Of a stretch of DNA of 64,000 nucleotides, positions 20,871 to 31,100 are shown in pieces (position 1 is the stretch's first letter; every line of letters starts with the position of its first letter). The stretch comes from an uncultured candidatus Porisulfidus sp. GTDB taxonomy: Bacteria; Pseudomonadota; Gammaproteobacteria; Poriferisulfidales; Oxydemutatoraceae. A program made the position numbers and the translations under genes. A model generated the notes under the pieces. It had not been told where the DNA came from. It saw nothing but the letters and a program-made list of their open reading frames with translations, and did no database searches. The stretch covers positions 1,248,001 to 1,312,000 of the forward strand of contig OZ244052.1 in the NCBI GenBank assembly GCA_965215125.1, in the 5' to 3' direction.

Positions 20871-21611
20871 ATGATTATTTCGCATAAGCTCAAAGTAATA
20901 CACATAAAGTTAAAAAAGGTTGCCGGCAGTTCTTTTGAGATGGCACTCTCAAGATATTGCGATCTTGACGATATTTTCTCTAAGAGATATAAGCCGGATA
21001 TGAAACTACGAGAGACTTTAGGGTTTTCTTCTGTACAAAATTATGAGCCTTTTGTGATAAAAGGTAACATAGATCATTTAGGTGCCGATAAAATAAGAGA
21101 ATTAATCGGACCGGATATTTTTGATAATTACTTGAAAATAGCAATTATACGGAACCCATACCAAAAAGCTATTTCATGGTATTTTTGGAAAAAAAGGAAT
21201 GAGAAGCTAAGCGAGATAAAAGAAGACTTTGAAGAATTTATAGCTTCCATCTTTCGTCAAAAAAAGACCAGACTCAACCCCATAATGGATTATCATCTGA
21301 TACATATCGACGGGAAGTCGGTCGCTGATTTTATAATTAGGTATGAACGCTTGAATGAGGATATCAAAAAGCTGGAAGAGAAAATAGCATGTCCCGGTTT
21401 GTTAGAAACATTTCTGAGCCTTAATCTGAAAGGGAATATACGCCCTGAAAAAACGACTTCCCTCTATGATGTATATTCCAAATATCCGAAAGCGAAGGCG
21501 ATGATAGACGAGATGTATTACAGATATCTAGACAAATACGAATTAATGCAAGAATATTGGCCGGCGTATAAAGCCGAATTAGATGCTATCTTGAACCACG
21601 TTTCCAAGTAA
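20871..21611 (+). CDS. Sulfotransferase family 2 protein, tandem copy 2
   Basis: Same length (246 aa) and highly similar to copy 1. Confidence 0.78.
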   Translation: MIISHKLKVIHIKLKKVAGSSFEMALSRYCDLDDIFSKRYKPDMKLRETLGFSSVQNYEPFVIKGNIDHLGADKIRELIGPDIFDNYLKIAIIRNPYQKAISWYFWKKRNEKLSEIKEDFEEFIASIFRQKKTRLNPIMDYHLIHIDGKSVADFIIRYERLNEDIKKLEEKIACPGLLETFLSLNLKGNIRPEKTTSLYDVYSKYPKAKAMIDEMYYRYLDKYELMQEYWPAYKAELDAILNHVSK

Positions 21612-21612
21612 T

Positions 21613-22332
21613 TCAAAAATCACTTGTTTCTTTGAGTACTTGTTTGACGAAAGGAACCGTAAGCCGTCGTTTGCACTGAAATCCGACTCGGCTGATACGA
21701 TCAACCACCTTAGTTAAATAATCCATATCGCGAGGATAATGGTTTAGTAAATAAGTAATCGTTGTCTTCGGTATCTCCGAACCGTTAAACTTGGCATGTA
21801 GAGAGAGCGCGGTTGGCTTCTCTATATCGGGAACCGCCGTCAACCGAAAGACGCTGCCCCATAGCAAACGCGAGTGTAAGTCGGCTAATCGAAGGGTCAA
21901 ATGCTTGGGATTGCTGCGCCCTGCCATAAGCAAACAACCATTTTCGCTACGTAGCCGATTTATCAAATGAAAAAGTGGATATTCAAGTTTAAGTTCTGTG
22001 TGGGTAATTAAGTCGATGTCGTCTATACAGACTAGGTCGACCGATTCTAACCCTTTGAGAATTTGGTCGGCTTCCTGCCTCACATGTTGCAGAGGTAGAT
22101 AGATGCTACTTTTAGTGCAGTGTGATACTTCACTGCAGGCGGCTTGCAACAAATGGCTTTTACCACTTGCAGCTTTCCCCCAAAGATAAGTTTGATTACC
22201 CTTAAGGCTATCGTTTCGGCATAGACCAAGCAAATGGTCTACTGCGGTTCGGTTATTTGTCGCTAGGAAATTATCAAAGACTTTATTTTTTTCCGGGCTC
22301 AGCCGTAGCAACAATTGCTTGGGCAAACTCAT
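21613..22332 (-). CDS. hda: DnaA regulatory inactivator Hda
   Basis: N-terminal QLLL clamp motif, FDNF, GKSHLL, DL.SRL; synteny with purM. Confidence 0.92.
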   Translation of the reverse strand: MSLPKQLLLRLSPEKNKVFDNFLATNNRTAVDHLLGLCRNDSLKGNQTYLWGKAASGKSHLLQAACSEVSHCTKSSIYLPLQHVRQEADQILKGLESVDLVCIDDIDLITHTELKLEYPLFHLINRLRSENGCLLMAGRSNPKHLTLRLADLHSRLLWGSVFRLTAVPDIEKPTALSLHAKFNGSEIPKTTITYLLNHYPRDMDYLTKVVDRISRVGFQCKRRLTVPFVKQVLKETSDF

Positions 22333-23372
22333 GTTAAAAGTTCCGATGTATTAGGCAGTGAATTTTCACGCCACACTCTCAGCATTGCGAGCAGTATAGA
22401 GGCGACGGGTAACGCCAACAGAACACCTAAAAAACCGAATAGCTGTCCGCCGACAATCACCGAGAAGATTACCGCGAGCGGATGCAATCCTAGACGGTTA
22501 CCGATCAACTGGGGGTTTAAAAAAAACGACTCGACGAACTGCACGACGACGAACAATAGAACCAAATAGAGCATCTGCGTCCAATCCAATCCGAACTGCA
22601 CCAACAAGGCCATCGACGCTGCCGCCAAGCCGATTAACCAGCCTGCGTAAGGGATAAAGCTCAGCAACCCGGTGAGTATGCCTATAACCAGTGCCAGCTT
22701 TAAGCCGATAAGATAGAGGCCGATGCTATAGAGGGTCGCAAGCGACAACATCACCGTTAACTGTCCGCGCATAAAAGCCGAAAAGATTTTGTCGGTCTCA
22801 CTACCTAAGCGGCAAACGGTTGTTCGGATCGAGGCGGCTAATAAATCTTTGAGATTATCGAACATCTTGTTCCAATCTCGCAACAGATAAAAACTGATCA
22901 GCGGCGTTAATAACAGTGTTATCAGTAATGTGAAGAAAGCACCGCCGCCGATTGCCAACCATCCGATCAGTCGGTCGGTGGTAACTGCGGCACTACGCCA
23001 ATGCTCGCTTAGCAACTGCCTGATACTTTCTATACTCCATTGGCGTTCGTAAGCTGGGAACAGTCCGACAATCTTTTGTTGAAACCATTGTATGAGTTCC
23101 GGCAAATGCATCGTTATCCACCCGATCTGTGCTTGAACGATCGGAACCAATAGTAACAAGACAATACTCAAGCTAAGCAAAATGACGACGAGTATTAGCA
23201 AAGCCGAAGGTGTGCGACCTAATCCCATACGCGTCAACCAAGACACGCCCGGGGTGCCGAGGTATGCCAATAAAAAGCCCAACGCAAAGGGCGTTAATAT
23301 CGGCTTTAGACTATAAATTGCTAGAGCCGATAAAGCCAGTCCTATCAAAATAACCAATAGTTTTGAGGACAT
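22329..23372 (-). CDS. AI-2E family transporter
   Basis: FYLLRDW, RGQL, LHPLAVIF, GVLLALP. Confidence 0.88.
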   Translation of the reverse strand: MSSKLLVILIGLALSALAIYSLKPILTPFALGFLLAYLGTPGVSWLTRMGLGRTPSALLILVVILLSLSIVLLLLVPIVQAQIGWITMHLPELIQWFQQKIVGLFPAYERQWSIESIRQLLSEHWRSAAVTTDRLIGWLAIGGGAFFTLLITLLLTPLISFYLLRDWNKMFDNLKDLLAASIRTTVCRLGSETDKIFSAFMRGQLTVMLSLATLYSIGLYLIGLKLALVIGILTGLLSFIPYAGWLIGLAAASMALLVQFGLDWTQMLYLVLLFVVVQFVESFFLNPQLIGNRLGLHPLAVIFSVIVGGQLFGFLGVLLALPVASILLAMLRVWRENSLPNTSELLT

Positions 23373-23394
23373 TGTCGGGTTGCGGCAAGTTTAT

Positions 23395-23946
23395 TCAGGC
23401 TCGTGCTCTAATCGCACTACGCCCCCAAGTCCATACATAAGCTATACCGCTTAGTAAAGTCGTGGTTGCAACGATATTTATCAGCCCCCCGATCCATTGT
23501 GCGGGAACAAAATTGATTTGGCTGTATATCACGATAACGGTGAGCAACAGTTGAAAAAAAGTATTTGCTTTGCTCAGCATCGAGGGACTTGCACGAAACT
23601 TCTCGATGTATAAATAATAGGTATAACCACCGGCTACGATTATCAAATCACGCGCAATAATGAGCAAAACCAACCAAACCGGTAGCAATCCTATATAAGC
23701 TAAGGTTATCGTGGTGCCGATTAGCATAAACTTATCGCAGATCGGATCGAAGAACTCGCCGAAGCGAGAAACACAATTTAGTTTTTTAGCGAGAAAACCG
23801 TCAAATGCATCGGTTAAGCCCATCACAATAATCAGATAGAGCGCGCCGTCAAAGTTGCCGCGCAACAAAAGATATATCAGCACCGGTATCAACAGTAGCC
23901 GGATACCGGTTAATAAATTGGGTATATGTCTCGTTACGTAGTTCAT
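23395..23946 (-). CDS. CDP-alcohol phosphatidyltransferase
   Basis: PNLLT..R and DAFDGFLAK...G...DPICDK signature. Confidence 0.9.
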   Translation of the reverse strand: MNYVTRHIPNLLTGIRLLLIPVLIYLLLRGNFDGALYLIIVMGLTDAFDGFLAKKLNCVSRFGEFFDPICDKFMLIGTTITLAYIGLLPVWLVLLIIARDLIIVAGGYTYYLYIEKFRASPSMLSKANTFFQLLLTVIVIYSQINFVPAQWIGGLINIVATTTLLSGIAYVWTWGRSAIRARA

Positions 23947-24017
23947 TATAGTTAATAAAACCTAGCCTTGAATCAGGTAAAATAATTATTTTACCCTAAA
24001 GAAGCAAACATATTTTA

Positions 24018-25070
24018 ATGTCCCAAAATAACCCCAAACATTCAAGCGAACATTATCAACAAGCCGGTGTGGATATTGCCGCAGGTGAGGCGTTGGTCGA
24101 GAAAATCAAACCACTTTGCGAACAAACCGTTCGCAAAGGTGTAGTAAGCCACATCGGCGGATATGCAGGATTATTCGATATAGCGGCTGCAGGCTATAAA
24201 GCACCGGTAATGCTCGCTGCAACCGACGGTGTGGGGACCAAGCTAAAACTCGCGCAGGCAATGAATAAACATGACACCCTAGGCATAGATTTAGTCGCAA
24301 TGTGTGTCAACGATATCCTCGCACAGGGCGGAGAGCCGCTTATCTTTCTGGATTATCTTGCCTGTGGAAAACTTGAGGTAGATGCCGCGTACGAGACTAT
24401 TCAAGGCATCGTGCAAGGATGCAAGGAAGCGAATACTACATTGCTCGGCGGCGAAACCGCCGAGATGCCGGGGTGTTATCGGCAGGGTGAATACGATCTT
24501 GCCGGTTTCGCTGTGGGCTTGGCCGAACGCGGTAGCCTGCTACCCAAGAAAGACATTAAAGCGGGTGACATCATCATAGGGATTGCATCGAGTGGTTTGC
24601 ATTCCAACGGCTATTCGATCGTCAACAAACTCATTGCCGAGCACCGTGTCAAATTGGATGAACCTTTGGGAGATAGTACGCTCGGAGAACTTTTATTGCG
24701 TCCCACAACGATTTATGTACGCACATTATTGCCGTTGATACGGCGAGGATTGATAGCCGCGCTCGCACATATTACCGGCGGTGGCATCAGTTCCAACCTG
24801 CCGCGTGTTTTACCCGAACACCGCTGTGCTTATATCAATACAGATAGTTGGCAACGACCCGAAGTTTTTGATTGGTTGCAGACACAATGCAATGTGCCTG
24901 CCGAAGAAATGCTAAGTGTCTATAACTGCGGTATCGGTATGGTGTTGATTATCGCCCCGCAACAGCAAGCCGAAGTTATACGGCACTTAGAACATGCGAA
25001 GATGTCTGCATGGCAAATCGGTAAGATCGCATCGCATCAAGAAGCACAACCTTGTGTAATTTATCATTAG
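24018..25070 (+). CDS. purM: Phosphoribosylaminoimidazole synthetase
   Basis: AGVDI, TDGVGTK, GGETAEMPG, HSNGYS, HITGGG. Confidence 0.97.
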   Translation: MSQNNPKHSSEHYQQAGVDIAAGEALVEKIKPLCEQTVRKGVVSHIGGYAGLFDIAAAGYKAPVMLAATDGVGTKLKLAQAMNKHDTLGIDLVAMCVNDILAQGGEPLIFLDYLACGKLEVDAAYETIQGIVQGCKEANTTLLGGETAEMPGCYRQGEYDLAGFAVGLAERGSLLPKKDIKAGDIIIGIASSGLHSNGYSIVNKLIAEHRVKLDEPLGDSTLGELLLRPTTIYVRTLLPLIRRGLIAALAHITGGGISSNLPRVLPEHRCAYINTDSWQRPEVFDWLQTQCNVPAEEMLSVYNCGIGMVLIIAPQQQAEVIRHLEHAKMSAWQIGKIASHQEAQPCVIYH

Positions 25071-25086
25071 TACGCCGAGTTAGTCG

Positions 25087-25725
25087 GTGAAACGAATCGT
25101 TGTTTTAGTCTCCGGTCGCGGGAGTAATTTAGAAGCACTGATCGCAGCAACTAAAGCAGGTTCTATCAACGGTGAAATCGTATGCGTGATCAGCGATCGC
25201 ACTGATGCAATCGCGTTGCACAAGGCACAATACGAGCAGATTGCCACATCGGTGGTTGATGACCAAGCCGATTCCACCGACAGTGTGTATTTTGAAACCG
25301 CTTTAATTGAAAACATACGACAACATCAACCCGACTTGATATTGTTGGCAGGCTTTATGAAGATATTGAGTCCCCGTTTTGTCGACACTTTTGAAGCGCA
25401 TATTCTAAATATCCACCCGTCTTTATTGCCGGCGTATAAAGGGTTGGATACACATCGACGAGTTCTGGAAGCGGGTGAGCGGTTTCACGGCTGTAGCGTG
25501 CATTTTGTGACCTCCGAATTGGACGGCGGACCGGTGATAATACAAGCGCGTGTTGCCGTAAAAGAAGACGATAACCCCCAAACACTTGCCACACGAGTGC
25601 TTGTGCAAGAACACCGCATCTACCCGTATGCAACGGCACTGTTTTGCGAAGATCGCATCATCATGCAAGCCGAGCAATGCTGGTTGGATAATAAAATTTT
25701 AGATCGTCCACTGAGCCTAGATTAA
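25087..25725 (+). CDS. purN: Phosphoribosylglycinamide formyltransferase
   Basis: SGRGSNL, LNIHPSLLP, ELDGGP, EHRIYP. Confidence 0.97.
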   Translation: MKRIVVLVSGRGSNLEALIAATKAGSINGEIVCVISDRTDAIALHKAQYEQIATSVVDDQADSTDSVYFETALIENIRQHQPDLILLAGFMKILSPRFVDTFEAHILNIHPSLLPAYKGLDTHRRVLEAGERFHGCSVHFVTSELDGGPVIIQARVAVKEDDNPQTLATRVLVQEHRIYPYATALFCEDRIIMQAEQCWLDNKILDRPLSLD

Positions 25726-25789
25726 TGTTCACGAATTACTGCCGAGTACAGTTGTTAGTACATCCCCCTTTTGACGGGGTGGTTATCGT

Positions 25790-27022
25790 TTAATTGCCGA
25801 GCTTGCGCGGTACCCGCATTAGAAAAATAATCAACCCGAGTACCAGCATGAAAATTAACGACAACAAACCCACCCTCGGATTATCGCTGATATGCGTTGC
25901 GGTGCCGAATAGTAGCGGACCTAAAACGACTGCAAACTTGCCCAGCATGTTGTAAATTCCAAAAAATTGAGCGGCGTGCTTTTTAGGTACTAACTCGGCG
26001 TAGAAAGCGCGGCTCTGGGCTTGTAGCCCACCCTGTACTAAGGCGATTAACACCACTAAAAAATAAAAACCTGCGATGGATTCTAATAAAGCCCCCCAAA
26101 TGCAGATAACGATATAAATAATAATGCCGATTACTATCATAAGGTGCGTGCCCAAGCGTTCCGCTAGACGACCGTAAATCAAGGTCGCCGGGAAGGCGAT
26201 GAATTGCACCAGCAATAGAGCAGCTAAGAGATCATTCGTTGAAAATCCGATAACCTGCCCGTAATGCACTGCAATTCTGATAACCGTATCTACCGCATCT
26301 ATATAAAGCCAGTATGCCAATAAAAACCATGCTATGGCAGGTTGGGCACGTAATAGCCTAAGCGGTTTTAGAAAACCGAAAGCAGACGACTGGCGTTTGT
26401 GTCTCTCGCCTACCCATAGAAATAGCGGGATGCTGAATAATAGCCACCATATACCTACTCCGGCAAAAGTATCTTGCATTTTTTCAATACCGCTTTGCCA
26501 TATAATCAATACGCTAACAATCAGGGCTATCCCGCCGCCTAGGTAGCCCAAAGCAAAACCGGTTGACGAGATACGGTTGTAATAAGTGGGAGAAGTGACG
26601 CTGACCAGTAGCGAATCGTAAAAAACATTACCTGCCATAAACATAAAGACCGATAGAACATAACAAGCGATTGCCGCCTGCCACGCCCCTTCATTGATGA
26701 AAGCAAAAGCGATAGTTGCGAGAGATCCGATAAATACGCAAATGGCCAGATAAGGTTTTTTTACCGCTTTGAGGTCGGCTAAATATCCTATCACCGGTGC
26801 CGCCAAGACGAGCAGCAACCCGGACAGCGAAGCGGCAATGCCTAAAAGCAGACTAATTTGGCTATCCGCTAATTGATTCCCCCAGTAGTCTCTAAATAAA
26901 ATAGGGAAAAAACCTGCCAATACCACGGTTGCGAAAGCGGAGTTTGCCCAATCGTACAAAGCCCACGATAAAGTGGCTTTATTCCATCCCTTGCGGGTTA
27001 AACTTTCTAATAAATAGTACAT
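25790..27022 (-). CDS. MFS transporter (UMF1/ATG22-like)
   Basis: WALYDWANSAF, GFALGYLGG, about 12 TM helices. Confidence 0.88.
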   Translation of the reverse strand: MYYLLESLTRKGWNKATLSWALYDWANSAFATVVLAGFFPILFRDYWGNQLADSQISLLLGIAASLSGLLLVLAAPVIGYLADLKAVKKPYLAICVFIGSLATIAFAFINEGAWQAAIACYVLSVFMFMAGNVFYDSLLVSVTSPTYYNRISSTGFALGYLGGGIALIVSVLIIWQSGIEKMQDTFAGVGIWWLLFSIPLFLWVGERHKRQSSAFGFLKPLRLLRAQPAIAWFLLAYWLYIDAVDTVIRIAVHYGQVIGFSTNDLLAALLLVQFIAFPATLIYGRLAERLGTHLMIVIGIIIYIVICIWGALLESIAGFYFLVVLIALVQGGLQAQSRAFYAELVPKKHAAQFFGIYNMLGKFAVVLGPLLFGTATHISDNPRVGLLSLIFMLVLGLIIFLMRVPRKLGN

Positions 27023-27143
27023 AAACTGTATTAATAATTAAAAGTAAGGCGTGATTACAGAAATTTCAGTATAAAAGAACTGTATTAGAGAAAATTACAA
27101 ATATACCCTACAAAATATCTCATTATTCTAGTATTATAAGCAT

Positions 27144-28271
27144 GTGCCCCGATACAGACTTAATAACAATATCATGAATACGAATAATTTTGGGGGAATA
27201 ATTATTGATGACACATCGCTGTTCGGTATGTGTGTTTTGTTTGAAAAATCCCAAAGTATTGCGCTGGACACCGAATATGTTCGTGAATCCACTTATTATC
27301 CGCAACCGTCCTTAGTACAAATCAGCGACGGTACTGTCCATGCGCTATTAGACATCATGGTACTTAAGGATCTACATCCGTTAAGAAAATTACTTGCGCA
27401 ACCTACAATCACAAAGATCATTCATAGCTATCAACAGGACCTCATGTTATTGGAGTGCATCGCTTGTCCTATTAAAGAATCTTTATTCGATACACAGTTG
27501 GCGGCATCGTTTCTCGGTTTTGGTCGTATGATTAGCTATCAGGATCTAGTTCGGGAAAGTTTAGGCATAAAATTAAAAAAAGGATACGCAAGGTCCGATT
27601 GGCTAACTAGACCTTTGTCCAAGGCACAAATCAAGTATGCAATTGAGGATGTTATTTACTTAAATGAACTGCGAGATTTATTAAAACAACGATTGCAGGA
27701 ATCGGGAAAATTAGAATGGTTTGAAGAGGACAGCAAGCGTATTTTAGAGGATTACTATGCACATAGTTTTGAACGTGCCGTACCTAAAGTATCGGGCGAA
27801 GGCCAACTCGTTTCCGCAGACGAGAAAAGGCGTTTAAGAAAACTGGTTGAATGGCGTGAGGAAAAAGCGATGGAAGTTAATGTACCGAGACGTTGGTTGA
27901 TTAAAGACGAATTCCTTATAGCGGCCGCTAAAAACCAAATGTCGCTTCGTGCGTTGGCAGAAATTTGTAAAGATCATACAGATATAGACATAGATGATCT
28001 TGAAATGCGTCTGCAGTCTACCGAACCGGTATTTTATGATACCGCTCCTATGTCAATAAAGGACAAAAAGTTGGTAGAAAAAATAAAACTCGTCGTGTCG
28101 CAAACGGCTAAGGATCACGAAATAGACAAGTCTTTAATTGCAAGCTACAAACAGATACTGAAATTTGTCAGAGATAAACGAAACAGAAAAAATATGGCAT
28201 TATCGTCCGGCTGGCGTTATCGCATTATCCAGCCGCCGATCCAAGAACTGATCGACGATGATGATAATTAA
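27144..28271 (+). CDS. rnd: Ribonuclease D
   Basis: ALDTEY.RESTYY, FDTQLAA, SDW.TRPLS, YAIEDV; HRDC region; start uncertain. Confidence 0.9.
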   Translation: MPRYRLNNNIMNTNNFGGIIIDDTSLFGMCVLFEKSQSIALDTEYVRESTYYPQPSLVQISDGTVHALLDIMVLKDLHPLRKLLAQPTITKIIHSYQQDLMLLECIACPIKESLFDTQLAASFLGFGRMISYQDLVRESLGIKLKKGYARSDWLTRPLSKAQIKYAIEDVIYLNELRDLLKQRLQESGKLEWFEEDSKRILEDYYAHSFERAVPKVSGEGQLVSADEKRRLRKLVEWREEKAMEVNVPRRWLIKDEFLIAAAKNQMSLRALAEICKDHTDIDIDDLEMRLQSTEPVFYDTAPMSIKDKKLVEKIKLVVSQTAKDHEIDKSLIASYKQILKFVRDKRNRKNMALSSGWRYRIIQPPIQELIDDDDN

Positions 28272-28346
28272 CTACGCAAGTGCGTTACGTTTGAGATCTC
28301 CTCGTCTACGAGTGTCGAAAATAAACCACGAGCACTTGATTATTGA

Positions 28347-29009
28347 TTATGTGCGGCATAAGGTTTTTACGCCTTGCGGAGTTGCCACCAATAATTCATC
28401 GGCATGCCGTTTTGCGAATAGTCCCGATGCCACGACACCGGCCAATTGATTGATATCCGATTCGAGTTTTAAGGGGTCACTCATATCCAATGCGGTGACA
28501 TCTAAAATCGTATTTCCGTTATCGCTTAAAAAATTTTCCCGCCATCTAGGTACGCCGCCCATTTTTGATAATTCGCGCGCGACAAAACTCCTTGCCATAG
28601 GAATCACCTCTACCGCTAAAGGGAAGGTGCCGAACGGTTCGGTGATTTTTGTCTCGTCCACGATACATATAAAACGAGAGCTTGCCGTGGCGATGATTTT
28701 CTCACGGGTGAGTGCACCGCCGCCGCCTTTAATCAGACATAAGTTTTGATCGGCTTGATCGGCACCGTCTACATAGAGTGGCAAGGTGTCGGTGGTATTC
28801 AAGTCAACCACCGGAATATTCAATGCCTGCAACTGTTCGGTGGTTCTTTTTGAACTTGAGACCGCACCCTCTATACGAGTGGATATACGCGCCAATGTAG
28901 CAATGAAATAATCTACCGTGGAACCCGTACCCACGCCGACCAAATCGCCGGCTTGTATATATTCTATTGCTGCTTCGGCAGCTGTTTTCTTAAGCGTATC
29001 AACGGACAT
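28347..29009 (-). CDS. rpiA: Ribose-5-phosphate isomerase A
   Basis: [23 protein letters not shown]. Confidence 0.97.
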   Translation of the reverse strand: MSVDTLKKTAAEAAIEYIQAGDLVGVGTGSTVDYFIATLARISTRIEGAVSSSKRTTEQLQALNIPVVDLNTTDTLPLYVDGADQADQNLCLIKGGGGALTREKIIATASSRFICIVDETKITEPFGTFPLAVEVIPMARSFVARELSKMGGVPRWRENFLSDNGNTILDVTALDMSDPLKLESDINQLAGVVASGLFAKRHADELLVATPQGVKTLCRT

Positions 29010-29052
29010 AATTTCTAATAAACTGCATATTATAAGCAGTTAGATTATACTA

Positions 29053-30627
29053 TTGTTCACTGCAACATACGATTTTATGACTCATTCCCGACAAAACATG
29101 ACTGATATATTTTCAGGCTATATTGAAGCAATTGAAAATTGCAAGGTCTACGATGTGGCCTCCGTTACGGCACTGCAAGCTGCCCCCTATTTATCAAATC
29201 GCTTCGGGCAAAACATACTTTTGAAACGAGAAGACCAACAGTCGGTTTTCTCGTTTAAACTGCGGGGCGCATACAACAAAATTGCTCAATTATCGGATAA
29301 AGAAAAACAGGCGGGTATCGTCGCCGCTTCGGCGGGTAACCATGCGCAGGGAGTTGCGTTGGCAATCCAAAGATTGGGTGTCAAAGCAATTATCGTTATG
29401 CCGTTGACTACGCCGATGATTAAAGTCAAGGCGGTTGCACTGTTCAACCCGGATATTGTGCGGCACGGAGACACCTACGACGAGGCATATGCATATGCAG
29501 TCAAACTCGCCGCAAAACACGGCTACACTTTCGTACATCCGTACGACGACCCGCAAGTAATCGCCGGGCAGGGCAGCATCGGCATGGAGATACATCGGCA
29601 ATGCAAAGAGTCCATAGACGCTGTCTTTGTTCCGGTCGGCGGCGGCGGGTTGATTGCCGGGGTCTCGCTGTATTTGAAAAAATTCCGCCCGCAAACAAAA
29701 ATCATCGGGGTTGAGCCCGATGATGCGGCAACCTTATATACTGCCCTGCAGCATGGTAAGGCTGTCACGCTGGATAAAGTCGGATTATTCTCCGACGGTA
29801 CTGCGGTACGATGCATCGGCGAAGAGACTTTCAGAATCTCAAAAGCGTTGGTGGACGAAGTTATATTGGTCAACACCGATCAGATATGTGCTGCGATCAA
29901 AGATAATTTTGACGAAAATCGCACCTTGCTGGAGCCCGCCGGTGCGTTATCGATAGCAGGCTTAAAACGCTATATCGCTAAGTACCGATGTCTCAATGAA
30001 ACTTTGGTCGCTATCGCTTCGGGAGCGAATATCAATTTTGACCGCCTGAAGCATGTTGTCGAACGTTATGAGATTGGCGAGGGCACCGAATCCTTGTTGT
30101 CAGTGACAATACCGGAGCGACCGGGCAGTTTTGTCGACTTTTGTCGGACTATAGGCAAGCGAAAACTTACCGAGTTTAATTATCGTTATTCCGACAATGC
30201 CGAAGCCCGAGTATTTGTCGGCTTAGAGTTTGAGAATCTCAAGCGCGACAAACCCGAGACCATTGCCTCATTGCGGCGCAAAGGCTATGAAGTCGTCGAT
30301 CTCTCGGATAACGAAATGGCAAAACTACATATACGACACATGGTCGGCGGGCATCTGCAAGATAAGCAAGAAAACGAGCAATTATGTCGTTTTCAATTCC
30401 CGGAAAGACCGGGTGCGTTGCTGGAATTTTTGGAGTATTTTGCCACCCAAGACCTGAATATCAGCCTATTCCATTTTTCCAGCCACGGTTCGGAATATGG
30501 ACGCATACTGGTCGGTGTGCAAGTACCGTCCAATAAAATAGATCACTTCAAAAAAGCGATGCGGGAGTCTCGTTACCAATATCAGGACGAGTCGGATAAT
30601 CCCGCGTATCAACTATTTTTACGCTAG
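29053..30627 (+). CDS. ilvA: Biosynthetic threonine ammonia-lyase
   Basis: SFKLRGAYN, ASAGNHAQG, VGGGGL, regulatory PERPG domains; start uncertain. Confidence 0.96.
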   Translation: MFTATYDFMTHSRQNMTDIFSGYIEAIENCKVYDVASVTALQAAPYLSNRFGQNILLKREDQQSVFSFKLRGAYNKIAQLSDKEKQAGIVAASAGNHAQGVALAIQRLGVKAIIVMPLTTPMIKVKAVALFNPDIVRHGDTYDEAYAYAVKLAAKHGYTFVHPYDDPQVIAGQGSIGMEIHRQCKESIDAVFVPVGGGGLIAGVSLYLKKFRPQTKIIGVEPDDAATLYTALQHGKAVTLDKVGLFSDGTAVRCIGEETFRISKALVDEVILVNTDQICAAIKDNFDENRTLLEPAGALSIAGLKRYIAKYRCLNETLVAIASGANINFDRLKHVVERYEIGEGTESLLSVTIPERPGSFVDFCRTIGKRKLTEFNYRYSDNAEARVFVGLEFENLKRDKPETIASLRRKGYEVVDLSDNEMAKLHIRHMVGGHLQDKQENEQLCRFQFPERPGALLEFLEYFATQDLNISLFHFSSHGSEYGRILVGVQVPSNKIDHFKKAMRESRYQYQDESDNPAYQLFLR

Positions 30628-30911
30628 CTTTTTGCAGTTGCCAAACCGGATATCGCTTTTTTGACCGAATAGATTAAAAAGATTGCAATCATGACCAGCA
30701 ATGCCCCGGTGAAAAAGCTAAGTGCGTATAAAGAGATGACGCCACCGATAGCGGCTAATAATATAACTGTGTTTATGGTGCCCAATAGTCCTTGGACGAA
30801 GTTTCTTTGCATTTTATCTATTAGATTATTAAAAAATAGAAATACGAACCACATAATTATTATCAGCACACTACATACTAAAAAATAAAACAAATGCATT
30901 AAAAAATCCAT
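30624..30911 (-). CDS. Small hypothetical membrane protein
   Basis: Three hydrophobic segments; AGGAG RBS upstream. Confidence 0.55.
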   Translation of the reverse strand: MDFLMHLFYFLVCSVLIIIMWFVFLFFNNLIDKMQRNFVQGLLGTINTVILLAAIGGVISLYALSFFTGALLVMIAIFLIYSVKKAISGLATAKS

Positions 30912-30981
30912 AATCGATCTCCTTGAGTTAAACGGTATTTTCGATGTTCCATAATATCATAATTAGTATCGTTCACTCATT

Positions 30982-31100
30982 GGGAATTATATAGATAACT
31001 TGACAGATTTATTAGACCGCCTTGCTACCCTATCTTTTTGACGCTTCACAGACCAGCCAACGCTGCAATCTCCACGCCCGGTTGCGGTATTCCCGACCGC
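30982..31100 (-). ncRNA. Predicted omega-RNA scaffold overlapping the tnpB 3' end (copy 1)
   Basis: Hairpin GCGGU/ACCGC with loop CGGGAAU; hairpin CAGC/GCUG; block UGAAGCGUCAAAAAGAUAGGGU shared with copy 2. Confidence 0.55.
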
